Of a DNA stretch of 28,355 bases, positions 8,324 to 19,265 are shown one piece after another. Made by a program: the position numbers and the translations under genes. Numbering within the stretch: the first letter of the stretch is position 1; each line of letters begins with the position of its first letter. Origin of the DNA: Candidatus Woesearchaeota archaeon. Lineage in GTDB: Archaea; Nanobdellota; Nanobdellia; SCGC-AAA011-G17; JACPNG01. Below the pieces are notes generated by a model, which did no database searches, was not told where the DNA came from, and saw nothing but the letters and a program-made list of their open reading frames with translations. Location: contig CAZBFA010000001.1 in NCBI GenBank assembly GCA_964491045.1, forward strand, positions 1-28,355, read 5' to 3'.

Positions 8324-9469
8324 TCAGCCGAACATTCCTGATGCTTCATCAAGGTCATTCTTTTTGAGCTTTTCTATGGATGCCAAGAAATCCTCCAGCT
8401 CAATGACTTTTCTATTTTCCCTTATTGCCAAGTATCCTGCCTCAGTGCACACTGCCTTTATGTCAGCGCCAGAAAATCCTTCTGTTTCATGAGCCAGCCT
8501 TTTGACATTGATATTATTTTTCTGCATTTGCTTTGTGTGTATCTTAAATATCTCCAGCCTTCCCTGCTCATTCGGCAATGGCACTTCAATCAATCTGTCC
8601 AATCTTCCGGGCCGCAGCAAAGCAGAGTCCAGTATATCAATCCTGTTTGTTGCAGCAATGACTTTTACATCTCCAAGGGGCTTGAAACCATCCAGTTCTG
8701 CCAGCAACTGCATGAAAGTCCTTTGCACCTCTCTTTCCCCAGATGTTCCAATGTCAAGCCTTTCAGCAGCCAATGCATCAATCTCATCAATGAACAATAT
8801 TGATGGCGCTTTTTCCCTCGCCAGCTGAAAAATGTCCTTTACTAGCTTTGCCCCCTCTCCGATGAATTTCTGGTTCAGCTCACTCCCGACAATTTCAATG
8901 AATGTGGCGCTAGTTGATGCAGCAACAGCCTTGGCCAATAATGTTTTTCCTGTTCCTGGCGGGCCATATAAAAGAACAGCTTTTGGTGGTTCAATGCCGA
9001 CTTCTTTGAACAATTCGGGCTTTTTTAATGGCAGCTCTATAACCTCTCTTATTTCCATCATCTGATCTTCCAAACCACCCAAATCTCCCCATGACATGCT
9101 CGGCCTTTCAATGATTAAAAAATCCTCAACATTATGGGTTTTTGCCTTGTCCAGCTTGCCTATTATGGTTAATGATTTTTGCTCGCTCAGCACCATGTCA
9201 CAGGCAGCAAGTTTGTTTAACAGGCTTTTTGAGATGTTCACAACGAAATTATTCCCATTGGGCAATTTTACCATGGCTTTCTCGCCAAAGATGGACTTGA
9301 CTTCACAAACAATTAATGGCCTGTCATTGAATTTGTTTAATTCCCTTTTCAGGTCAAGAAGATTTTCCTTCAAAGTCTTGTTTTCTTTCTCTAAATCAAG
9401 GCCAATACCAAAATCTTTCTTGATATTGAAATCATCTAAATTAGCATCTACAGTATCCACATACATCAC
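8324..9469 (-). CDS. pan: Proteasome-activating nucleotidase (AAA+)
   Basis: N-terminal coiled coil and OB region, GGLEDQ..EIREVIELPL, GPPGTGKT, FIDEID, AATNR, LLRPGRLDR. Start may be GTG 9460 (AGGTGA upstream). Confidence 0.95.
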   Translation of the reverse strand: MMYVDTVDANLDDFNIKKDFGIGLDLEKENKTLKENLLDLKRELNKFNDRPLIVCEVKSIFGEKAMVKLPNGNNFVVNISKSLLNKLAACDMVLSEQKSLTIIGKLDKAKTHNVEDFLIIERPSMSWGDLGGLEDQMMEIREVIELPLKKPELFKEVGIEPPKAVLLYGPPGTGKTLLAKAVAASTSATFIEIVGSELNQKFIGEGAKLVKDIFQLAREKAPSILFIDEIDALAAERLDIGTSGEREVQRTFMQLLAELDGFKPLGDVKVIAATNRIDILDSALLRPGRLDRLIEVPLPNEQGRLEIFKIHTKQMQKNNINVKRLAHETEGFSGADIKAVCTEAGYLAIRENRKVIELEDFLASIEKLKKNDLDEASGMFG

Positions 9470-9698
9470 CTTTTTTTGTCATCATTACTCTTTTTTGTGA
9501 ATTTCATCTGTCCTTTGGGACTTTTAAATTTTTCTGCACAAAAAGACAATAATCCTGTGAAAGTTCGTAACTGCTGAAAGAGAAATGCCAAAGGTTTGCC
9601 AAAAAATCATGAATAACTGAAAAATTTGCAGTTCCTATGTAGTAATTTTCAGCAATTTCATGAAAGTGGTTATAAACAACACCCAGATATTATTTAAA

Positions 9699-10064
9699 AT
9701 GGAAGAAAAAACACTCTTTAAGCTGGCTATTGTAACCTCGCTGATTGGGCTTTTTATCATGATTATAATGGCAGAAAATTTAAACGCACCAGATATCAGC
9801 GCAGCAGCAATTGATAAAGGCATGATTAGCAAGAATGTAAAGTTGACAGGAACCCTTGCGAGCAAAAAAGACTTCAAAAGCCTGGTAATATTCAATGTAA
9901 CTGACAGTTCTGGCTCAATAAATGTCATTATTTACAAAAAATCAGGCAAGTTTGGCTCTTCAGGTTTCAGGAAAGGAGATTTATTGGAAATAGAGGGATT
10001 TGTAAAAGAGTACAACAAAATGCTTGAAATAGAGGCAAATTATATCAAAAAAATAGAGCCATGA
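9699..10064 (+). CDS. Membrane-anchored OB-fold protein
   Basis: N-terminal TM, then VKLTG...FNVTDSSGSINVII...GDLLEIEGFVKEY..MLEIEA (OB pattern). TATA at 9670-9677 supports ATG 9699. Confidence 0.75.
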   Translation: MEEKTLFKLAIVTSLIGLFIMIIMAENLNAPDISAAAIDKGMISKNVKLTGTLASKKDFKSLVIFNVTDSSGSINVIIYKKSGKFGSSGFRKGDLLEIEGFVKEYNKMLEIEANYIKKIEP

Positions 10065-10135
10065 CCTCAAAAACATCCGAAAATATTCCGAATTTTTTTA
10101 GCTATTCCTTATAAAAAAGTAATTTGCTTTTGTGT

Positions 10136-11326
10136 ATGATAATACTTTTCATCAGCATTGTGCTTCTTGGAGTTATTATTGGAATAATCACAGGCCTGAT
10201 GCCTGGAATCCATATAAATCTCGTTGCATCATTTATTGCATTTATCCTTCCATTGATGGCAATAGACCCATTGATTGCTGTAATCCTTATCTTGTCAATA
10301 TCAATCACCCATATATTCCTTGATTTTATACCAACAACATTCCTTGGAGTGCCTACACCAGATAATTCAACATTTCTTCTCCCCTCGCATGAATTATTGT
10401 TGAAAGGCAGGGCATATGAAGCAATTTTTCTCTCAACTTTTGGCTGCCTGATAGGAATAATTCTGGTTTCAGCAGTTTCTCCATTATTGTCTTTGAAGGT
10501 TGAAAAAGCCTATGCCCTAATCAGTGAATTCATCCCTTACTTGCTGATTGCAGCATTGCTTGTTCTTTTGTTGAAGGAAAAAGACAAGGCATGGGCATTT
10601 ATAGTTGTATTCATGTCAGCAATATTCGGTATTGTGTCATTTGGTTTAAGCATAAAAGAGGCCTTATTTCCAATGTTTTCCGGATTGTTTGGAATAAGCT
10701 CCCTGATTGCAAGCAGAAGTTATAAGTCAAATATCCCTGAGCAAAAGATAACAAAGGTAAAGCTGGCCAAGAAAACCCCAATGCTTGTCCTGACAGGATT
10801 TTTTGCTTCATTGCTGGTTGGTTTTCTTCCTGGCCTTGGCCCGGCCCAGGCATCAATAATAGCAACATCATTTTCAAAAAATCAGGAAAGAAAGGATTAT
10901 ATTATAATTACCGCAGCAATCAATTCAATTGTGATGATTCTTGCCGTTATTGCATTGTTCACTATAAACAAATCAAGAAATGGGGCTATAGCAATAATCT
11001 CGGAGATATTCCCAAAGAATCTATCATGGCAGCATTTTGCATTATTCCTGGCAGTCATCTTGTTTGCCTCAGGAATTGCTGCAATTGCAACAATTTTTAC
11101 TGCAAAATACTTTGTAAAGATATCCAAAAAAGTCAATTATGCAGCTCTTTCCATCTCTGTAATTGCCATCATAGTCATTTTGGTCTTGCTGCTCTCAAAA
11201 CTGGCTGGCCTTCTTATACTATTTGTCGGAACTTCGATAGGCTTGATTCCCATATTAAAAAAAGTCAGTAGAAATCATCTGATGGCCTGCCTGATAGTGC
11301 CCATAATATTATACTATTTGCTTTGA
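10136..11326 (+). CDS. Tripartite tricarboxylate transporter TctA-like (archaeal DUF112) membrane protein
   Basis: GIITGLMPGIHIN, H.FLDFIP..FLGVP, LP.HELLLKG.AY, GLFGIS, LPGLGPAQA and SRNG. TATA at 10109-10116 supports ATG 10136. Confidence 0.85.
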   Translation: MIILFISIVLLGVIIGIITGLMPGIHINLVASFIAFILPLMAIDPLIAVILILSISITHIFLDFIPTTFLGVPTPDNSTFLLPSHELLLKGRAYEAIFLSTFGCLIGIILVSAVSPLLSLKVEKAYALISEFIPYLLIAALLVLLLKEKDKAWAFIVVFMSAIFGIVSFGLSIKEALFPMFSGLFGISSLIASRSYKSNIPEQKITKVKLAKKTPMLVLTGFFASLLVGFLPGLGPAQASIIATSFSKNQERKDYIIITAAINSIVMILAVIALFTINKSRNGAIAIISEIFPKNLSWQHFALFLAVILFASGIAAIATIFTAKYFVKISKKVNYAALSISVIAIIVILVLLLSKLAGLLILFVGTSIGLIPILKKVSRNHLMACLIVPIILYYLL

Positions 11327-14300
11327 GCAAACCACTTGACAAGCCCTTCCTGCTTTTCAGGGTCCTTGCCAAAAATGCTCTCTATTCTTCTCTTGGTTAT
11401 CTGCAAAACCTGGTTTAAGTATGGTGGCAGGGCATATTTTTCAGCAAGCTCCAGGCTGGGCTCAACATATTTTACAATGCTCCCTTCGGCAACTGTAAAA
11501 AGAAGCCTTCCGCTGCATTTCAAGCATCTTCCAGCCAATGGAGGCCTCCTGTATTTTTCATTGCAGTCAACGCATCTGAACTGCTGCTGCGAGAACTGCC
11601 TTAAGTTTCCTTTAATGTCCCTCATGAAATGCCTTTCTATCAGCAGTCTTGCAACATCATTTTCTTCAACACACCTTAATCTTTCAGCTAATTTCATCTG
11701 GCCATTTACCTTGTCCATCATTGTTGGTATTGACTTGTATGCGCTGCACCTTACTCCCGCATTTAAATCATCAGTGTCATGCGTGAATCCAAGGCCTTCA
11801 TATTCCTTGAATGTTCCAAGGTTATCCCCCAGCTGCTCTATCTTGATTTCTTTTGGGCTTTTATATTCCAATGCGGCTTCGTAAAGCTCCAAAGGATATT
11901 TCCAGACAACATCCATGTCAAAGACCATATTGTCAACCTCTTTGGGTATCAGTGTGGACGTTAAAACCAACGGCGCATCCTGGGTAACACCTCTCCTTTT
12001 TGGCAAAAATTTCCTGGAGAAATTAATCAGAGTGTCAAGCAGCAATATCACACAAGCCTCATCTCCGTCACATCTTGTATTAAGAATTTGTTCTCCCCAC
12101 AAAATATTTTTATCTCCTTCATCTTTCCATTCTATTTCTACACAATAAGAGTGCTGAATGTCTCTTATCTTTTCTACTTTTTTTACATAATCAACAACTA
12201 TGTCCCCATAACCTTCAAGAAAAACATGGTTGCCATTATAGGACGTTTTTCTTTGTTCAATCGGTTTCAGCTGACTTAATTTTTTACTTTTTGATTTATC
12301 TGTTAAAATAAAGAGTTTTTTTAGCTTAAATGCGTCTTTTCCATAATAAACTAAATGATGTAAAATATGTTTCTTTGGTTTTTTTGCTAATCTTTTATAA
12401 ATTTCTAGAACAGTCCTGCCTGGCATCCTTAATTTTGTTGAAGAAAATCTTGAAACTGCACCAAATCTGCTTAGCAATAAAGAGATGTCATTCAACAATT
12501 GACGGTTAACTGAATAAAAAACACATGAATTATTCTCTGGAACTACAGTTCCATCGCCATCAAAGAAAGCAGAGACATATGCCTTTATGATATTAGTTGA
12601 AGATCCAAAAAGAAATGGCGGAACTTTCTTGGTTTATGCATTGGAACCAGCATTAAAACAATAATTAAAGATAAGGTAAGGCAATTTATGGCAAATAGAT
12701 ATCTTTGTATTATCTTCTTCCAAGACAGGAGAGAGCCCAAAGACTTTCTTTATTAAGCAAGCTATTCTTCTTTGGATATCGGTGTTTCCTATTCTAAAAC
12801 TAATCTGTGTTACTGTAAATGTTTGTCGAGAGTGCCCTTCCGCCGCATAATAACCAAGAAGCGATGCAAGAGAATTATCTATTTTAAAATGGATATTATA
12901 TCTAACTTTACTGAAAGATGTACCCAGATAAATGTGTTTAGGCAGGTTGTAAGTCGCAAGCTTTAGGTCTACTAGTTTTTTAAAACAGTCAAGCGGCATA
13001 TCAGAATACCAATGATAAAGACTTTTCTTTCCTTTTAATGCCAATAAAGAGATTATCTTTTTTGACCCTAATTTAGAGAGCAGTAATCGAAAAAATTTGT
13101 GCCCGCCGCGTAATCTGATTTTTCGTTGTTCTTTTAGGGGGACATTCTCTGCCAAAGATTTAACTAAATTTATTTGTAGAACAGCATTAATTTTTGGTTT
13201 AAAATTCTCCAATAGCGCAACCTTATCACTTACAGCAGCCATTGAAGCATTTTTTAATCGGAACTTATTTGTATCATCCAAAAACATAAATTTATGGGTA
13301 GGAGTCATAATAAACTGCCTATTTGTTGCAGTAGTTATTTTGATCCATGTTTTATTTTTTGGGCCTTTGATAAAATATTTTACTTTCTTTTCTTTAAAAT
13401 TTTTTGTAAGTGGATCTACCCCATAAACAAAAAGGGATTCTTTATTTTCAATACGCAAGGTACCGGCACCGTCGATGATTTTAGTTTTAGCACCTTTTTG
13501 TATTAAGTCTTCTACATAAGGCCCGATTTCAACATGATTTACCTGTTTATGATTAATATTGTAATAAACAAATTTAGTGGTAGGAAAAACACAGTCTCTC
13601 CTAAGAATGCTGTGCATCAGCGGGTGTGCAAAAAAACCTTGTGTTTTTGAAAAGCCAATTATTCTTGCAACCATTCCTGCTGATGTATGCGGGCTCATTG
13701 CAACAACACAATGCCCGACGAGATCATTTTTATTTTTCAGATTGTAAAAAGGCTCTTGCTTGTACAGGTGAACCAGCAGATCATCCATGAATTTTGAAAC
13801 ACGAAACAATATTTCATCAGCGCCTTCTTCAACGCTTTCCTTGCAGGAAGGCAATATCACATCCTGGCATTTCAGCTCCAGAATCTGCTCTTCAGTCTTA
13901 AGTTCGTTTCCATGAATGTCCCTCATATAGCCAAGCTCTTTTAACTTTTCAATTGATGTTCCTATTTCTTTTGGCTTGAAATGGGTTATTGCCATTTCTG
14001 TCATGTCATACCTTATTGTTCCTTCCCTGTTTACATATAGCCTGTGCTTGCTTCTCAGAATTCCTTTGATTAAGTTTTCAGGTATTGCATCAGGGTTAAA
14101 AACGCCCTTGACGCCTTTTATCATCTCGCCGTATTCAGTAATTCCAATTTCATTCAGGGCTTTTCTATAATAATAGTTTATGTCTATCTCCTGCATCTTG
14201 TGGCTGGCAGATTCATGCATGCTGCATGGTTCTTCATAAGTTTTTTTGCAGTGGTAGCATGCATATCTCTTATCTGTTCTGGCTCCGCATTCCTCGCAGA

Positions 14301-16314
14301 TATTATAGATTGTTTCTTTGCTGCAGGCCTTACAGAGCATCAATGGGAAATCAGAGGCAACTTTGCCTTTTTTCAGCGCCTCCTGCATATTTCTCATTTT
14401 GCCCCCTTCCTTGCCGACAGGAAACAAAACCTGGGGGCTGCCTTTTAACCTTCTTATTTTTGCTTTTTCAGGCCTCCCCATTCTCGCTCCTATGAATGTT
14501 CCTGATTTGTCCCTTATTTTGACTCCTGCAAGCTTGTTAACAATGCTTAAGACCTCTTTGTCATCATCAAAGGTAAATATGTCAAGGTGCCTGAAATGAA
14601 AGATTAGCGATTTTGCATCCTCTCCAGCAATCACAACATTTTCCCTTGCAACAACCCTGTGAGGAATGCCCAAAAGTTCCAGTACCCGTTTAGGATCAAT
14701 AGACACATCAATTGGAACCTTAGCCGGCAGTCTCAAAATTATTTCCTTTTCAGATATCTCTGCAGTCTTGTACCAATTCAGGAAACTTAGAAACTGCTCA
14801 GTGCCTATGTCTTTCCAATGGTATGTATACCTTGGATGCATGGGAACATCAAACTGTATTGCTATCCTGCTTGCGTCTTCAAAACTTAGCTTCTTGTATG
14901 GATTCTCAATTATTTCCTTGACCAAGGTATCATCGCATTTTAACTTTGCCAATTCAGCAGCATGCCATTCTTCGTTGTAGCCGCAGGGCACTAATTTATG
15001 AGCCCTATTGAAAAAATCGCCATAATTTACCAATAAATCACCCAAGAACAATATTTCCTCAATATCGTTTCTTATCTTCATTGCCTGCTCAGCAGTCTCA
15101 ATTAAAATAACCTCTCCGCTGTTCAGTTTCACAATAGGCCCTTCCAGCTTGTCGCATACGCTGAGAACGGTTGACTTCCCGGGCCTTTCTGTCTTGAGCT
15201 GGGTCCCGATTGCAAGGTAATCATCCAGAACAGCCATTGTTGCAGGATGCACTGCGTCAGATGAAAATCCAGATGTTCTTGTCCTTCCATACCTTAATCT
15301 AAATCCCCCAATTGCCATTGGATAAGTCAATATGGGCCTTCCAGCAACTAAATCTTTTATGAAATTGTAATCAGGCATCAGCTTAACATTTTCATCAGCA
15401 GTCTTTTCTTTGCTGGCGCTCGCCCTTATCATCTTTTGCAGCTTGATGAAGTCCTCCAGAAATTTCCAGTGCTCCAGCCCAAAATCATTGCCCCATGATT
15501 TGAGCTGATTCCATAATTTAGGCGCTTTTGCGCACAAGCATTCTCCAAGAACCAGGCAAACCCCGTTCCTTATCCTGTTGGTTTCAATCCTGTCAATATC
15601 CTTGTAATTGCTTACCTCTTTTTCTTCGCTTGGATCGCCGTCAATTTGCACAGGCAGCCTTTCAACCAAAAATTTTGCTTCTTCCTCGCTTGGCAGATAC
15701 TGAAGATTGGTTATCTTCTCATGATAATCATAAAGCTCAGCCACCATTCGTTTCACTTCCATCTCGCTAGGGTCGTAAGCATTTAACCCCATTATGCACC
15801 TCACGTAATCAGCAATCAGCACAGAAACAGCGCCCGCAGTGCCGCCAGCGCTTCTTATGGGGCCAGAATAGAATAAAGCAACATAATCCTTTCCATCTTT
15901 TCTTTTCCTGAATTTTAGCTCAACAAAACCTTCTAGCGGGCTTGCAACAACACCAACAGTTATATATGCAATTCCAACTCGAATTCCAACCTCCATCGCC
16001 TCTTTCTTGCTTGAAAATTGGCAGAATTTTTCTCTTGCAGTTTCTTCCGCAAGCTTCAATGCAACTCTCCAGTCCTGCACGCCGTATATTTTCTCTAATT
16101 CCATCAATCGCTCAATGATGTTGCTGTCTTTTATCTGCGGCGCAACAATTGATATTATTCCAACAACTCTTTCGGCCATATTTTTTGCAAGCGGTATCTC
16201 AACAGCAGGTATGGGGTCATGCCCGATGGCTCTTGCTTTTCTCGCGGCATCATAGGCTTTTGCTATATTCCTGTTTATCTCATCAAAATATTCTTTCATT
16301 TTCTCAATCTTCAC
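11314..16314 (-). CDS. polC: DNA polymerase D large subunit DP2, containing an intein with one in-frame TAA (12634-12636)
   Basis: GPIRSAGGTA, GGFRLRYGR, FIGARMGRPEKAK, Zn-finger Cys clusters, catalytic CDGDE, C-terminal CxxC...CxxC and PIP-like QEGLVKWF. Track ORFs 12634..16314 and 11314..12498 share a frame and the 45 codons between them are open. Exteins are 907 + 252 aa. Confidence 0.93.
12073..13593 (-). mobile_element. Intein with LAGLIDADG homing endonuclease at RRD|CDGDE of DP2 (507 codons including the TAA)
   Basis: Starts CVFPTT (block A), TPTH (block B), LLGYYAAEG (block C), AFFDGDG (block E), SYCVEIE (block F), ends EQILNTR. Visibly more AT-rich than the flanking extein DNA. Confidence 0.9.
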
Positions 16315-17962
16315 CAGAAAAATTCATGATTTTCACTTCCCTGGTTTTTAAATTCAATATTGGAACTCTTCCCGGATTTGGATTATTCCCCGTCTTTTCC
16401 TGAAATGAAGTTTTTCCCTGAAAGCAGCTGCAATTTATCAATAGGACATTATTATAATTAACAACATCAGATCTATGCATCTCTCCAGATACAAGTATAT
16501 CAGGCAGCTTGTCTATGAAAAAAGGATCTTCTTCAGTATTTGGCATGTAAACGGTTGATGAATGTGTTGGCGCAAGATGCCTTTTCTGCAGCAAAAATTT
16601 TATCACAGTTGCAGGATTGTCCCTTGCTGAAGCCTGCCTCAACGAATCAACTTCGTCAATGTAATAATGATAGCTTGCCCCATGGTACATTAGAACATTG
16701 AATCCCTCAAAATCTTTTTTGGAATGTATGTTAACCATGCAGGGATTGCTGACCATAATCAGGTTTGGCAGCGCATACAATGCGTGCGCAAATTCCTTGT
16801 CCAATGGGGGCTGTGGTTCGGCTGCCCTTATTGAATCATGCTGCCCTGGAGAGATTATTATTTTGATGTCTTTTCTTATTAGGCTTATGCATTCGGCGGC
16901 GGCATTGTACTGCTGCATTATGTCGCGGAAAAGCAGTTCTTTTTCCTGCCCGGGATAAACTCCAACACCCTCAACAATATCACCGATAATAAACAAATAC
17001 TTCACTTTTGAAGACACTCTTTTTTGCAGGAAACTTCCGCTGTTTCCATTCAGCCAGTCAATAAATTCCAGGAATTCTTTTTTCATGAACAGCTTGCTGC
17101 CAAAATGAAGGTCGCTTATGAAAGCAACGCATGCCTCATCATCGCATTTCTTCAGCTCCTTTGTAAGAGGCACATCGGGGAATATTATCTGTGTTGCAAA
17201 AATTACTCTTCCCCCATAAACGCCAGTAATTCCTAGCACTTCATCGCACACAACATTTTTTCCTGCCTCAGCGGCTTTTCCCTCTTTATTTATTAAAACC
17301 TCTATTGTTCCTGTCGGGTCTTCTACTTTCAGGATTATATTCCCATTTTTTGTAGTCCTCTTGTCATGCACAATCCCTATCAATGCAACTGCTTCTTTTT
17401 CCTGCTTGCCTGCTATCCTGTTTATCGAAACAAGTCCCTGCAGCTCTTGCCTTGATTGCAATAGGTTTTTGATCAGATTATACCTGAGCTTGAAATATTC
17501 AACAAAGTCTTCCACCCCTCTTTTTTTGGGCTCATCTTTATATTCTTTAAGCACGATCACGCTGCTGTAATTTTCATTGGTCTTCTCTTCTTTGATATTA
17601 ACTTTCTCTTCATGCTTTACTTCTTCCAGCATCTTGTCAAGCTTTTTTTTCTCGCCAGTATGGTAACCCAATAGGTCTAGAAATACCTTGTAAGCTTCAT
17701 CATTTTTCCCTTTTTCAATCAGCACCCGTGCCTTTTCAAATTCATTCCAGTTGATGTCAATTTTTGCAAGATTATCTTCTTGCAATTTTGGCATTACCTT
17801 TATCAGGTCCTGGTTTAGCACAGACAATCGGCCATTCAGCTCAGCATCTTTTTTCAAGGAAATTAATAGCTCGGAGGAATCCTTCCCGTCAAACTCATCC
17901 GCAATGTCTGGTGACAGCAAAAATCCGTTTTCAATGAATAGTTTTATGTTTTCTTTGTTCAT
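16304..17962 (-). CDS. polB: DNA polymerase D small subunit DP1 (proofreading exonuclease subunit; not a family-B polymerase)
   Basis: OB domain (EDPTG), ISDLHFGS, GDIVEG.G.YPGQ, PGQHD..R.AEPQP, YHGAS, LLQKRHLAPTH. Overlaps cdc6 (ATGA) and DP2. Confidence 0.93.
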   Translation of the reverse strand: MNKENIKLFIENGFLLSPDIADEFDGKDSSELLISLKKDAELNGRLSVLNQDLIKVMPKLQEDNLAKIDINWNEFEKARVLIEKGKNDEAYKVFLDLLGYHTGEKKKLDKMLEEVKHEEKVNIKEEKTNENYSSVIVLKEYKDEPKKRGVEDFVEYFKLRYNLIKNLLQSRQELQGLVSINRIAGKQEKEAVALIGIVHDKRTTKNGNIILKVEDPTGTIEVLINKEGKAAEAGKNVVCDEVLGITGVYGGRVIFATQIIFPDVPLTKELKKCDDEACVAFISDLHFGSKLFMKKEFLEFIDWLNGNSGSFLQKRVSSKVKYLFIIGDIVEGVGVYPGQEKELLFRDIMQQYNAAAECISLIRKDIKIIISPGQHDSIRAAEPQPPLDKEFAHALYALPNLIMVSNPCMVNIHSKKDFEGFNVLMYHGASYHYYIDEVDSLRQASARDNPATVIKFLLQKRHLAPTHSSTVYMPNTEEDPFFIDKLPDILVSGEMHRSDVVNYNNVLLINCSCFQGKTSFQEKTGNNPNPGRVPILNLKTREVKIMNFSGED

Positions 17963-19197
17963 ACTGCAAGGCCCTCTTTTAGCAGGTCATCTACATTTTT
18001 TAGTATCTCTTCAGGCATTGCCAGGCAGACTTCTCGCGTCCTTCCATACCTCCCTTTGCTTATCACTTTTGTAGTTATTATGCCCAGCATTTCAAGCTCA
18101 GAGATAATGTCGCATAACCTTCTTTGTGTCAGGGGCCTTAACCCTACTTTGAAGCATAACTCCTTGTACACTTCATATATCTCACCAGTAAAAATTGGCA
18201 TGTTGTTTGTTATCTTGTTGTGTATGCGTATTATGGAATAAAGAGCAAGCTTGCATTGTTTTGGCTGCGTGCTTATTATATTTGTGAATAAATCTGTCTC
18301 TATCTTGTCTTCTGCAGTATCCAGGTCACCCACTTTTATGGCATTTTTTCCCCTCCTTTCTGCAATCTCACCAGCAACTCTTAAAAGGTCCAATGCTCTT
18401 CTTGCATCGCCATGCTCTTTTGCAGCATAGGCAGCGCATTTTTCAATAACACCTTCTTCCAGCACTCCTTCTTTAAATGCTGTTTTCACTCTCTGCCTTA
18501 ATATGTCCTGAATCTGCAATGCGTTGTAAGATGGGAATGTTACCTCTTCCTCACCCAGGCTGCTTTTTACTCTTGGATCAAGGCTTTGCGTAAAAACAAG
18601 GTTATTTGAAATTCCTATCAATGATATCTCTGAACTTTTTAATTCAGAATTTAATCTTGTAAGATTGTAAAGTATGCCATCCCCTATCTTTTGCCCAAGC
18701 TGATCTATCTCATCCAGGATTATTATGAGCAGAACCTTGTCTCGCTCTATTGCCTTAATGAACATCTTGTAAATTTCAACAGTAGGAAGCCCTGTTGCAG
18801 GTATTTCCTCGCCAAACTCGCTTGCTAATTGCGCAATCAGCCTGTATTCTGTATCAGCTATTCTTTTTAGCTTGCAATTAAGATAAATAACTTTGAACTT
18901 GCGGTATCCTGCTTTTTCTAATTTTGAGGAATTTTTTTCTGCAGTTGAAATCATATCATTGCATATATTCTGTATTGTCAGGCTTTTTCCAGTGCCTGTT
19001 TGGCCATAAATGAAAACATTTGAGGGCTTTTCTCCTTTTATTGCAGGAGCCATGATGCTGTTAAGCTGTTGTATCTGCTCTTCCCTGTGCAGGATTGTTT
19101 TCGGGGTATAATTTGACTGCAATACTCTTTTATTAATAAACAAAGGCTCTTGTTTTAAATAGTTTTCAAAAAAATTAGTCAGCCCTTTTTGCCCCAT
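17959..19197 (-). CDS. cdc6: Orc1/Cdc6 replication initiator
   Basis: Y.P..ILHRE.QI, GQTGTGKS (Walker A), ILDEID, RVKSSL, F.SY...QI.DIL..R, HGDARRALDLLR and C-terminal wHTH ending GRYGRTR. Confidence 0.96.
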   Translation of the reverse strand: MGQKGLTNFFENYLKQEPLFINKRVLQSNYTPKTILHREEQIQQLNSIMAPAIKGEKPSNVFIYGQTGTGKSLTIQNICNDMISTAEKNSSKLEKAGYRKFKVIYLNCKLKRIADTEYRLIAQLASEFGEEIPATGLPTVEIYKMFIKAIERDKVLLIIILDEIDQLGQKIGDGILYNLTRLNSELKSSEISLIGISNNLVFTQSLDPRVKSSLGEEEVTFPSYNALQIQDILRQRVKTAFKEGVLEEGVIEKCAAYAAKEHGDARRALDLLRVAGEIAERRGKNAIKVGDLDTAEDKIETDLFTNIISTQPKQCKLALYSIIRIHNKITNNMPIFTGEIYEVYKELCFKVGLRPLTQRRLCDIISELEMLGIITTKVISKGRYGRTREVCLAMPEEILKNVDDLLKEGLAV

Positions 19198-19265
19198 TTC
19201 ACCCTCTTGAATTGACTAATGAAATTTTATATTTAAACATTCTGATAGTATAATATATCATACCT

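Noticed and set aside
8324-8335. PAN C-terminus MFG lacking a strict HbYX motif
   Set aside because: Hydrophobic-Phe-X endings are a common variant; not notable.
9441-9485. Cys-rich 14-aa uORF (MMTKKGDVCGYCRC) overlapping the pan start
   Set aside because: Alternative-frame by-product of the SD and first pan codons; no independent support.
11336-11884. Long antisense or alternative-frame ORFs (e.g. 11336..11884, 21998..22492, 26850..27206, 6018..6410, 3171..3515)
   Set aside because: They lie opposite well-supported genes, have no recognisable motifs and are typical shadow ORFs.
12055-12072. CDGDEA instead of CDGDED as inactivation of DP2
   Set aside because: Both catalytic Asp of DGD are present; the change is outside them.
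12605-12632. Stem-loop AAGAAA-N9-TTTCTT just 3' of the TAA as a read-through signal
   Set aside because: Only a 6-bp AU-rich stem, expected by chance in this AT-rich intein.
12499-12633. Gap between the two DP2 track ORFs as a frameshift or intergenic region
   Set aside because: Same frame, and it encodes LAGLIDADG block E; the break is a single stop codon.
12634-12636. Genome-wide reassignment of TAA, or Sec/Pyl-type recoding, to explain the intein stop
   Set aside because: TAA ends many intact genes here (e.g. 6432, 7073, 20282, 25883); Sec uses TGA and Pyl uses TAG.
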